Below are positions 41,167 to 48,867 of a DNA stretch of 64,000 nucleotides, in pieces. A program made the position numbers and the translations under genes. The notes under the pieces are model-generated. The model was not told where the DNA came from. It saw only the letters and a program-made list of their open reading frames with translations, and did no database searches. The first letter of the stretch is position 1. Each line of letters begins with the position of its first letter. This DNA comes from a bacterium (lineage in GTDB: Bacteria > Patescibacteriota > Patescibacteriia > Buchananbacterales > GWA2-38-13): contig JAUSGZ010000017.1 in NCBI GenBank assembly GCA_030648715.1, forward strand, positions 5,108-69,107, in the 5' to 3' direction.

Positions 41167-42405
41167 ATGGTCCGCCTGCAACGCGCCTTGCTCATCTTCA
41201 CCTTTGTCCTGGTCACCATCATGCTGGGGGTACTGCTCTATGCGGTCTTTTTCGGCGGCGGTTTTTCCGATCTCGGCGGTAACGAACAGGCGGGCGGCAG
41301 CGGCAGCGCGATCTACGGCGACCAACAGGGCCCGCTCGGGAGCGGCGGTCAGCTCCCCACCGGCCGCCCCTCGCCAAGCCCGAACGTTTCCCCCGCGGCC
41401 AGGCCCAGCCCGGCAGCATCGGTGGCCAGCGGCGGCACCACCGTCACCCAACGCGTGGTTGATGCCGACGCCCAACAGCTGACCTTGGACCGCGACGGGG
41501 TCAGCGTACTGTACTACAACCCCGCGGATGGGCGCTTCTACCGGTTGACGCCCCGCGGCACCGTGGAAACGCTGGATGACCGGGTGTTCCATAACGTCGA
41601 GCGCATCACCTGGTCGGATGACCGCCAGCGGGCGGTGCTGGAATATCCGGATGGCGCGAATATCGTGTACGACTTTTCAACGGAGCGGCAAACCACCCTG
41701 CCCAAGCACTGGGAAGCCTTTGATTTCGCCCCGGGCGGCGACCAATTGATCGCCAAAAGCATCGGCTTGGACGCCGAGAACCGCTGGCTGGTCGTCACGG
41801 ATGCCAGCGGCAGCAGAACACGCCCCATTGTGGCACTCGGCGACAATGCCGACTCCGTCATCCCCTCCTGGTCACCCAACGGTCAGATGGTTGCCATACA
41901 GGTCGAAAATAGCGGCGCGCAGCGGCAGGAGGTATTCTTCATCGGACAGAACGACGAGCGTTTTCCTTCGGCACAAGTGCCAGGCTGGGGGTTTGAAGCC
42001 GAATGGACCCCAAGCGGGAATCAACTCCTCTACTCGGTCTACAGCAACCGCTCCGGTAACCGGCCGGAATTATGGCTCTCCGATGCCACCCCCGCAAGCG
42101 TCGGTACCAACCGCTTGTCGGTGGGTTTACAGACCTGGGCGCACAAATGCACGTTCAGTAGCCCGTCGGTCGCCTATTGCGCGGTCCCCAATGAGCTCCC
42201 CAGCGGTGCCGGGCTTTTCCCGAATGAAATGGATACCGGGGTGGACAGCGTCTATCGGGTCGATCTGGCGAGCGGCGCCACCTCGCTGGTAGCAACCCCC
42301 AACCAGCCGCACACGATGGGTCAGCTGCTGGTCTCCGGTGACGGACGCTCCCTCTATTACACCGCCAAACAGGACGGCAACGTCTACCGGCTCCAGCTGA
42401 AGTAG
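41167..42405 (+). CDS. Membrane-anchored TolB/PD40-like beta-propeller hypothetical protein
   Basis: N-terminal TM helix, Pro/Ser linker, WSDD/FAPGG/WSPNG/WTPSG/VSGDG blades. Confidence 0.7.
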   Translation: MVRLQRALLIFTFVLVTIMLGVLLYAVFFGGGFSDLGGNEQAGGSGSAIYGDQQGPLGSGGQLPTGRPSPSPNVSPAARPSPAASVASGGTTVTQRVVDADAQQLTLDRDGVSVLYYNPADGRFYRLTPRGTVETLDDRVFHNVERITWSDDRQRAVLEYPDGANIVYDFSTERQTTLPKHWEAFDFAPGGDQLIAKSIGLDAENRWLVVTDASGSRTRPIVALGDNADSVIPSWSPNGQMVAIQVENSGAQRQEVFFIGQNDERFPSAQVPGWGFEAEWTPSGNQLLYSVYSNRSGNRPELWLSDATPASVGTNRLSVGLQTWAHKCTFSSPSVAYCAVPNELPSGAGLFPNEMDTGVDSVYRVDLASGATSLVATPNQPHTMGQLLVSGDGRSLYYTAKQDGNVYRLQLK

Positions 42406-42465
42406 CCAGTCGCGCGGGAGCACGCCCCGAATTCCAGATTCTCGTTGCGGGAGGTGGATTTTTTT

Positions 42466-43818
42466 ATGCCCAAGGCCAAAGCCGTGTACGTCTGCGCCAA
42501 ATGCGACGCCCAGTTCCCGAAGTGGCTCGGGCGCTGCGCGGAGTGCGGAGGATGGGGAACCATCGCGAGTACTCCCGTTGCGGTCAGCGCGCCCGCGCCG
42601 ACCCGCCCACCGTCCGGCCAGGTCATCAGTTTTGCCGACGTCCTCGGCGACAACGTCAAACGGCTGCCCAGCGGCATGGATGAATTCGATCGCGTGGTCG
42701 GTGGAGGTTTAAGCCAAGGGTCCGTCACGCTGCTGACCGGCGAACCCGGCATCGGCAAATCGACGCTCGTGCTCCAGGTGGCCGACCGGATCGCCCGCCA
42801 CTCCGGCAAAACGGTGCTGTACGTATCCGGCGAAGAATCCGCGAGCCAGATCAAGGACCGCATCACCCGCTTGGGCGTGACGGCGGCGGGGATTTCCTAC
42901 CTCGGCGCGACGTCCGCGGAAACCATCGCCGCCACCATCACCGCGCATCGTCCGCCGCTGGCGATCGTAGATTCCGTTCAGACGGTCCGTGCCGACCGGA
43001 ACGCCGGTGAACCCGGGAGCGTCGGCCAGATCCGCGCTGCGACCGCAGTACTCATAGAGGCGGCGAAAACCTCGGCGACCGCGGTCCTGCTCATCGGCCA
43101 TATCACGAAAAGCGGCGACGTCGCCGGGCCAAAAACGCTCGAACACCTCGTGGATACGGTCATTGGACTTGAAGGCGACGGCACCCAGCACTACCGTCTG
43201 CTCCGGACGGTCAAGAACCGATTCGGCGCCGCCAATGAGCTGGGCGTTTTTGAAATGAAGGGCGGCGGCCTGCAAGAGGTAACGAACCCCTCGGCGATGT
43301 TCTTGGCCGGACGGGTTACCCAGCAGCCGGGCGCCGTCGTCGCCCCGGTCGTGATCGGCACCCGCGTATTTTTGGCCGAGATCCAGGCGCTCGTGTCATG
43401 GACGCGGTTCGGCTACCCGCAACGCAAGGCGGTGGGCTACGACTTCAACCGCCTCAACCTCATCGCCACGGTACTTGACCAGCGGGCCGGCATCCGGCTC
43501 GCGAAAAGCGACATCCACGTAAAGATCGCCGGGGGCCTGCGCGTCAACGACCCGGCCGCCGACCTGGCAGTCGCACTGGCCATCATCTCCGCACAACGCA
43601 AACGAACGATCGACCCCCATACCGCCGCGTGCGGCGAACTGGGACTCAGCGGCGAGATCCGGCCGATCGCACGGTTGGATGCGCGACTGCAGGAATCGAC
43701 GAAACTCGGCTTTACGTCCGTTCTGTGCCCCCGTCCGGGAGATTCGGCCCAGTTGCCGCCCGCAGCGCTCCCGATCGACAGCATACAAACCGCAGTGCGC
43801 GAGCTGTGGGACGGCTGA
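42466..43818 (+). CDS. radA: DNA repair protein RadA/Sms
   Basis: CxxC...WLGRCxxC zinc finger, GEPGIGKST, KNRFG, GELGLSGEIR; SD GGGAGGTG. Confidence 0.97.
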   Translation: MPKAKAVYVCAKCDAQFPKWLGRCAECGGWGTIASTPVAVSAPAPTRPPSGQVISFADVLGDNVKRLPSGMDEFDRVVGGGLSQGSVTLLTGEPGIGKSTLVLQVADRIARHSGKTVLYVSGEESASQIKDRITRLGVTAAGISYLGATSAETIAATITAHRPPLAIVDSVQTVRADRNAGEPGSVGQIRAATAVLIEAAKTSATAVLLIGHITKSGDVAGPKTLEHLVDTVIGLEGDGTQHYRLLRTVKNRFGAANELGVFEMKGGGLQEVTNPSAMFLAGRVTQQPGAVVAPVVIGTRVFLAEIQALVSWTRFGYPQRKAVGYDFNRLNLIATVLDQRAGIRLAKSDIHVKIAGGLRVNDPAADLAVALAIISAQRKRTIDPHTAACGELGLSGEIRPIARLDARLQESTKLGFTSVLCPRPGDSAQLPPAALPIDSIQTAVRELWDG

Positions 43819-43830
43819 ATCCCCCCGCGC

Positions 43831-45933
43831 TCACTCCAAATGGACAAGGGCTTGTAAGTCCGCGACCTGCTTGCGCAGGACCGCGTGCTGGGCAAGCTCA
43901 GGGTCTTGGTGAAGGAGTGCGGCCGCCTCATGCTTCGCGATCTCGGCCACCTCCAGATCGGCTAACGTCGCCAGGCGCAAGTGGGAAAAACCGGACTGCA
44001 GCGTCCCCAGCAACTGCCCCGGCCCGCGAAATTTCAGATCCAATTCCGCCAGTGCAAAGCCATCTTTCGCCTGCAAGAATGCGGCGAGCCGCTCGAGAAC
44101 TTCGGGGCTGGTCGCGTCGGCGCAGAGAAAACAGTACGATTGGTGGCCCGAACGGCCGACCCTTCCGCGCAATTGGTGCAGTTGACTCAGCCCGAACCGC
44201 TCGGCCCCTTCGATCACGATGATGGTGGCATTGGGTACATCCACGCCCACTTCCACGACCGTGGTCGTCACCAGCACCGACGTCCGATTCGCCAAAAAAT
44301 CCGCCATGGTGGTGGTCTTTTTTTCCGCCGAAAGTTTGCCATGGAGGACGCCGACGCGAAGGTCGGGAAAAACGCGCTGCTGCAGTTCCGCCAGCTCGGC
44401 AGTGACCGCCTTGACCCCGAACCGATCCGACGGATCGATCAGCGGACAAACCACGAACGCCTGCCGCCCAACTGCGACCTGGTCGCGAATGAACTGGTAT
44501 AATCGCTGCCGTGCAGCCGCCGAAACCAGCTGGGTCACCACGGTCTTGCGTTCGCGCGGCCGCTGACGAATGGCGCTGATCGCGAGGTCGCCGTACAGCA
44601 CCAGCGCAAGCGATCGCGGGATCGGTGTTGCCGTCAACGACAGGAAATGAGGACTGGCGCCGCTCCCCGCCGCGACCAGAAGCTGGCGCTGCTGGACGCC
44701 GAACCGGTGCTGCTCGTCAACCGCGGCAAGCGTCAGTTGTTGCCAGCGCACCGACTCCTGCAACAACGCGTGCGTACCGACCACAAGGTCGAGCTCTCCG
44801 CGGCCAAGCATGGCAAGAATTTCTGCTTTTTTGAATCGGCCGGGCTGCGGCGCGGTGGCGTCACGCGCCTGGACGAACCGCTGCGTACGCGTGAACAAAC
44901 CGACGGCAACGGGAAAGTCGGCAAACATCCGACAAAATGTTTGAAAATGCTGGACGGCCAAGATCTCGGTCGGCGCCATCACCGCGGTTTGCCCGCCGGA
45001 CAGGGCGACGTTCAACGCGGCAATGGCAACCACCACCGTCTTGCCGGCGCCGACATCGCCTTCGAGCAACCGATGCATCGGCACCGATCGCTGGAGGTCC
45101 TGCAAAATTTTCCACGCCGCTGCTCGCTGGTCTTGGGTCAGCGTGAATGGGAACGATTGCACCAGCCGCGTCGTCGCGTCGCGCTGGAATGGCACGGCAT
45201 GAGCAGCGATCTGGGACATCTGCCAGCGCGCCTGTTGCAATGCCAGCTGCAGAACGAAAAATTCGTCGAATTTCAAACGCCGCAGCGCTGACTCCAGCGC
45301 CTGGCGATGTTGGGGAAAATGCACCTGCTGAATCGCCCACCCCCGCGTCGCCAGCTGCAAACGCTGACGGAGCGCCGGCGGCAAACCATCGGGCACCAGG
45401 CTTGCCGCCGGCAGCGCCTGCTGCACCAGCGCGCGGATCTGCCGCTGGGTGACCCCCTCGGTAGCGGGGTACACCGGTACCAAACGCGCCGTGTGCAAGG
45501 TGAGCTGACGATAGAGTTCAATGCTCGGATTCACGAGCTGCAGCTGGCGGAATTCGTAGCTCGCCTGTCCCGCCAGATACACGTCATCACCGGGGCGAAA
45601 CTGACGAACTAAATAGGGCTGATTGAACCACACCGCCAGAATCGAACCGGTGGCGTCAACGATAACTGCTTCGGTGAGCATGAGACGTCGCCGCGGGCTG
45701 CGCCGATTCTCGATCAGCTCGATACGGCCTCGCACGGTGGCTACCGTGCCCGCTGCCAAACGACCAATGGGCAATATCGTCCCGAAATCATCGTACCGGA
45801 ACGGATAATGGCGCAGGAGGTCGTGGACCGTGCGAAGACCCAAACGACTGAGCCGCGCGGCGGTGGCGCTGCCGACCCGACTCAGATGCCCCAACGCCAT
45901 CCCCGGCGTCATTCCGACATCGGCTGCTCTCAT
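43831..45933 (-). CDS. recG: ATP-dependent DNA helicase RecG
   Basis: GDVGAGKT, MAPTEILA, DEQHRFGV, TATPIPR, AERFGLSQLHQLRGRVGR, DLKFRGPG. Confidence 0.97.
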   Translation of the reverse strand: MRAADVGMTPGMALGHLSRVGSATAARLSRLGLRTVHDLLRHYPFRYDDFGTILPIGRLAAGTVATVRGRIELIENRRSPRRRLMLTEAVIVDATGSILAVWFNQPYLVRQFRPGDDVYLAGQASYEFRQLQLVNPSIELYRQLTLHTARLVPVYPATEGVTQRQIRALVQQALPAASLVPDGLPPALRQRLQLATRGWAIQQVHFPQHRQALESALRRLKFDEFFVLQLALQQARWQMSQIAAHAVPFQRDATTRLVQSFPFTLTQDQRAAAWKILQDLQRSVPMHRLLEGDVGAGKTVVVAIAALNVALSGGQTAVMAPTEILAVQHFQTFCRMFADFPVAVGLFTRTQRFVQARDATAPQPGRFKKAEILAMLGRGELDLVVGTHALLQESVRWQQLTLAAVDEQHRFGVQQRQLLVAAGSGASPHFLSLTATPIPRSLALVLYGDLAISAIRQRPRERKTVVTQLVSAAARQRLYQFIRDQVAVGRQAFVVCPLIDPSDRFGVKAVTAELAELQQRVFPDLRVGVLHGKLSAEKKTTTMADFLANRTSVLVTTTVVEVGVDVPNATIIVIEGAERFGLSQLHQLRGRVGRSGHQSYCFLCADATSPEVLERLAAFLQAKDGFALAELDLKFRGPGQLLGTLQSGFSHLRLATLADLEVAEIAKHEAAALLHQDPELAQHAVLRKQVADLQALVHLE

Positions 45934-45959
45934 ACGTCCGTCAGTATACCAGAAGCAAT

Positions 45960-45989
45960 TAAAAAAACGGCTCGCTCATAGGCGAACCG
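45960..45989 (-). terminator. Intrinsic terminator downstream of the tRNA-Arg locus
   Basis: Minus strand CGGTTCGC-CTATGA-GCGAGCCG followed by a T run. Confidence 0.6.
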
Positions 45990-46011
45990 CGCTCGACCGT
46001 TGTCTCCCCTT

Positions 46012-46270
46012 TGCGCCCGGCAGGGCTTTCACCCCACACCTTTTTGGTATGGATGAGAGGTATATCTTTTTACCTTTGCGCCCGGCAGGGCTCGAACCTG
46101 CGGCCTCAAGGTCCGCAACCTTGCGCTCTGTCCAGCTGAGCTACGGGCGCAAAGGTAAAAAGACAATATGAGAGTACACGGGAAAAAGGTGTGGGGCAAG
46201 CCTGCGGCCTTCCCGCCAACGGCGGGACGCTCTGGGCCGCTGAGCCCTGCCGGCAGGCAGGTACGGGCGC
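46012..46270 (-). pseudogene. Decayed outer copy of tRNA-Arg enclosing the intact tRNA-Arg in its T-loop
   Basis: 5' part GCGCCCGTA[16-nt insert]GCTCAGCGGCCCAGAGCG[TCCCGCCGTTGGCGGGA]AGGCCGCAGG (46270-46201) and 3' part AGCCCTGCCGGGCGCA (46027-46012) align with the inner tRNA. Confidence 0.85.
46077..46150 (-). tRNA. tRNA-Arg (anticodon GCG), no encoded CCA
   Basis: GCGCCCGTAGCTCAGCTGGACAGAGCG-CAAGG TT GCG GA CCTTG-AGGCCGCAGGTTCGAGCCCTGCCGGGCGCA folds as a cloverleaf. Confidence 0.95.
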
Positions 46271-46295
46271 AAAGGGGAGACAACGGTCGTGCCTC

Positions 46296-46805
46296 CTATA
46301 ATTTCAATAATCGCGAGATCTGATCCAGGACCGGCTCATCCTCCCGCCGCAAGTCCTCCGACAAATAATCCAAGAGCGCGTGCCGTGCCGTCACCGGATT
46401 CTGCGAGCCCAGTGGCAGAGGGAGGTACGGTTTGAACGGGTTTCGAAACTCCAGGTACAAATTCTTCACCTCGGGCGGCTGATAGATGATCCAAAAGCGT
46501 TTCAGTTCCTGGTAGGAATAAAAGGTCCGGCCCGCGGCCACCCCGTTGTCGGTGATGGCAAAGCTCATGGTCTTGGACGGCTGGCGGCGCATCAGCCCAT
46601 AGGTTAAGCCGAACAGTACCAGTAACCCGGAAAAAAGGAAATCCCCCATCCATACTCCGTAGGCGATCAGCAGGACGGCAACGACACCGGCGATCACATA
46701 CCAGCGATGGCTGCGCGGCTGTTGGGTTCCATCGTCGCATTGCCACTGGACAATCACCCGACCGATGCCGGGAGGCAAGCCTGGTGAAGTTATCGGTTCT
46801 GCCAT
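46296..46805 (-). CDS. Hypothetical two-TM membrane protein
   Basis: Two TM helices followed by a soluble domain (FWIIYQPP...RLLKL); ATG start. Confidence 0.75.
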   Translation of the reverse strand: MAEPITSPGLPPGIGRVIVQWQCDDGTQQPRSHRWYVIAGVVAVLLIAYGVWMGDFLFSGLLVLFGLTYGLMRRQPSKTMSFAITDNGVAAGRTFYSYQELKRFWIIYQPPEVKNLYLEFRNPFKPYLPLPLGSQNPVTARHALLDYLSEDLRREDEPVLDQISRLLKL

Positions 46806-46861
46806 ACACGAAAATTCTTACACTATTTCTTCCGGCTGCGGCTCGGCATGCAGGGCGGGGA

Positions 46862-47960
46862 AGATGTCCGGAACTTTGAACCGAAAATCTCTTTAAAATT
46901 CAACGATCTTAATAAAACAATACCAAAATTGAGAGCTATATACAAAGAGCATCCAGAGTGATTTGAAGTGCCTTCATCTACTTATTAGAAATTCTAACAA
47001 GCCTTCATGTAAATGTTTCTGACCGCCCCAAACCACAGTATTGTAACCCTCCAAAAATTCTGCAGGATTTTCTTCTCGAAAAGTAATAGAACGAACTTTT
47101 TCGGGCAGCGCTTCGCTCATGTGCCTATCAGTCCCGCCTCTTATAACTGAAAATTTATCTCCCCAAACTTCTATATTATCTGGCTTTAGCCTTTCTTTTG
47201 CTAAACCAACGGCTCTCAAAACTTCTTCGTTACCTAAAATATATTTAATAGCTGTAGTTTTTGATACCCCTTTAATAGCCAAATCGATAGCAAATACTCC
47301 TGCTAACCTCGGAGAAATTGGTAAATTATTTTCTTGCAATAGCTGATCAATTCGCTCAACAATGGGAACTCTCAAATCCAAATTGCCGTGAGTATTCGGA
47401 ACGCTGATTTCCAATGCCTTTTCTTGCTCTGGCGTTAAATCGTAACCATTTATCACCTCTAAAGTTATTTGTGGGCCCCTGTCTTCCAGCATGATCGCTA
47501 ACGGATTATTCCCAACCTTAGATTTAAACTCTGTTAGCGGCGTTGCTGGGTAAACCTGTAACTTAAATTCCTTTATTATTTGATTTACTATATCTCGCCA
47601 TCTCTTTTTTTGATTCTCAGTTAAAGCGTTTTCATACAGGCTGTAAAAAGGCTTGGCGTTTACATAACCCGATTCATCAAACCCCCAAACTTCAGCTCCA
47701 CTGCAATGACCAACTAATACTTTCTTTCTTAACTTTGATTTAACATGGTCAGTAATGCGCCATTGAACACTTTTAATGCTCTGTCCCGTAATAAAAAATA
47801 CTACAGTCCCTTGTTCCAAAATCTTTTCCAACTCTCTACATATTTCAGGAGTGGCGGCAGTATATAGATCTGCAACTGTTTCATCGACATCAGATAAAAT
47901 CAACCTTAAACTGTTATTCCATTTGATAGTTGCCATGTGTTGGTTCAAAGTTGGACATCT
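46862..47960. mobile_element. AT-rich single-gene cassette bounded by imperfect inverted repeats next to a tRNA-like 3' end
   Basis: AGATGTCCGGAACTTTGAACC (46862-46882) versus GGTTCAAAGTTGGACATCT (47942-47960); abrupt visible drop in GC between them. Confidence 0.65.
46974..47936 (-). CDS. HAD-superfamily hydrolase (IIB-like)
   Basis: LILSDVDETV (DxD motif I), FITGQS, KGVSKT, WGDK...GGTD; AT-rich codon usage. Confidence 0.8.
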   Translation of the reverse strand: MATIKWNNSLRLILSDVDETVADLYTAATPEICRELEKILEQGTVVFFITGQSIKSVQWRITDHVKSKLRKKVLVGHCSGAEVWGFDESGYVNAKPFYSLYENALTENQKKRWRDIVNQIIKEFKLQVYPATPLTEFKSKVGNNPLAIMLEDRGPQITLEVINGYDLTPEQEKALEISVPNTHGNLDLRVPIVERIDQLLQENNLPISPRLAGVFAIDLAIKGVSKTTAIKYILGNEEVLRAVGLAKERLKPDNIEVWGDKFSVIRGGTDRHMSEALPEKVRSITFREENPAEFLEGYNTVVWGGQKHLHEGLLEFLISR

Positions 47961-47965
47961 GGCCG

Positions 47966-48240
47966 TGGCGGTGGGGGTGAGATTCTCTGCCTTCGGGAAA
48001 CCACCCGTAGGGTGGGTACCCACAGTACCCTTGCTGGTTCAGCAGTTTTTCCGCCTGCGGCGGATCCGCCGTAATATTTATTTTAGAACGGAGGGGGCGA
48101 GATTCGAACTCGCGAGACCATTCCTGGTCTACTGGTTTTCAAGACCAGCCCTTTCAACCGCTCAGGCACCCCTCCGTTCTAAAATCCTTACCTATGGAGG
48201 CGGACAAGACCAGCGCATTCGTCCACTCTGCCAACCCACC
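47966..48240 (-). pseudogene. Decayed outer tRNA-Ser(TGA) enclosing the intact tRNA-Ser in its anticodon loop
   Basis: GGTGGGTTGGCAGAGTGGACGAATGCGCTGGTCTTG (48240-48205) ... AACCAGCAAGGG ... GAATCTCACCCCCACCGCCA (ends 47966); palindromes in anticodon and T loops. Confidence 0.8.
48089..48175 (-). tRNA. tRNA-Ser (anticodon TGA), no encoded CCA
   Basis: GGAGGGGTGCCTGAGCGGTTGAAAGGG-CTGGT CT TGA AA ACCAG-long variable arm-GCGAGTTCGAATCTCGCCCCCTCCG. Confidence 0.96.
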
Positions 48241-48253
48241 AAAACTAGATGGT

Positions 48254-48325
48254 GGTTTTTCACCCTTCGGGTGATCCCCCGTAGGGGGACAAGACCGTCC
48301 CGTTCGTCCACTCTGGCACCCCTCC
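48254..48325 (-). pseudogene. Third, 5'-half tRNA-Ser(TGA) remnant with two 15-nt palindromes in the anticodon loop
   Basis: GGAGGGGTGCCAGAGTGGACGAACGGGACGGTCTTG-TCCCCCTACGGGGGA-TCACCCGAAGGGTGA-AAAACC. Confidence 0.75.
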
Positions 48326-48349
48326 GATCGGGCAAGGATGCGACCCTCC

Positions 48350-48670
48350 CTAGCGCGCCACCGAATTCTTGCGGTCCAAAAATCGCGTGACTTGGCCCTC
48401 CAATTTATCCACCGACAGATCGAGTGCTTTATGCAGCGCGTGGCTGGTCGCCTGCGCATACCCTTCATCCCATGACGGCACTCCCAGCTGCAGCGTGACC
48501 TCAAAAGCGTTGTGATGGCGGAAGTAGACGGCGTGCACCTGCAGACTGACGCTGTCGGTCGGGTAGTGCGAAAGCAGTTTCTCAAGCCGGGCTTGCTTCT
48601 GATCCAGATAGGCGCGAAAACCATCTTTCGCATTCTCGGCAACATCCTGGAATGTGACCGTCACCAGCAT
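48350..48670 (-). CDS. hpf: Ribosome hibernation factor HPF/RaiA-like protein
   Basis: 106 aa; AYLDQKQARLEKL...FEVTLQL...ALDLSVDKLEGQV matches the HPF pattern; downstream of comF. Confidence 0.7.
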   Translation of the reverse strand: MLVTVTFQDVAENAKDGFRAYLDQKQARLEKLLSHYPTDSVSLQVHAVYFRHHNAFEVTLQLGVPSWDEGYAQATSHALHKALDLSVDKLEGQVTRFLDRKNSVAR

Positions 48671-48689
48671 AGAAAAGGAAAATTAAAAT

Positions 48690-48776
48690 CGGAGAGGGTG
48701 GGATTCGAACCCACGAGGGACTTTCATCCCCAACGCCTTAGCACGGCGCCGCTTTCGACCGCTCAGCCACCTCTCC
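48690..48776 (-). tRNA. tRNA-Ser (anticodon GCT), no encoded CCA
   Basis: GGAGAGGTGGCTGAGCGGTCGAAAGCG-GCGCC GT GCT AA GGCGT-long variable arm-GTGGGTTCGAATCCCACCCTCTCCG. Confidence 0.93.
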
Positions 48777-48867
48777 ACAGGCGTACTCCGTCAAGGCACG
48801 ACATCGGTCAATAATTTTTTTTAACCGACCGTGTCATCATACCAGAAATGTCGCCTCCTGTCCAGCC

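Noticed and set aside
46211-46227. Outer tRNA-Arg copy as a functional tRNA with a GTT anticodon
   Set aside because: The loop is closed to 3 nt, U33 is absent, there is a 16-nt insert after position 9 and the T-loop is disrupted
48050-48289. Anticodon-loop insertions as group I or BHB tRNA introns
   Set aside because: The 5' exon ends in G and the insert ends in A (group I needs U and G), the inserts lack a ribozyme core, and the outer copies carry additional damage
47776-48390. 204-aa plus-strand ORF across the tRNA-Ser region
   Set aside because: Overlaps tRNA sequences and the HAD gene antisense; no coding signal
48690-48776. G at position 32 of tRNA-Ser(GCT)
   Set aside because: Unusual, but a single base that could be a sequencing error; the rest of the cloverleaf is canonical
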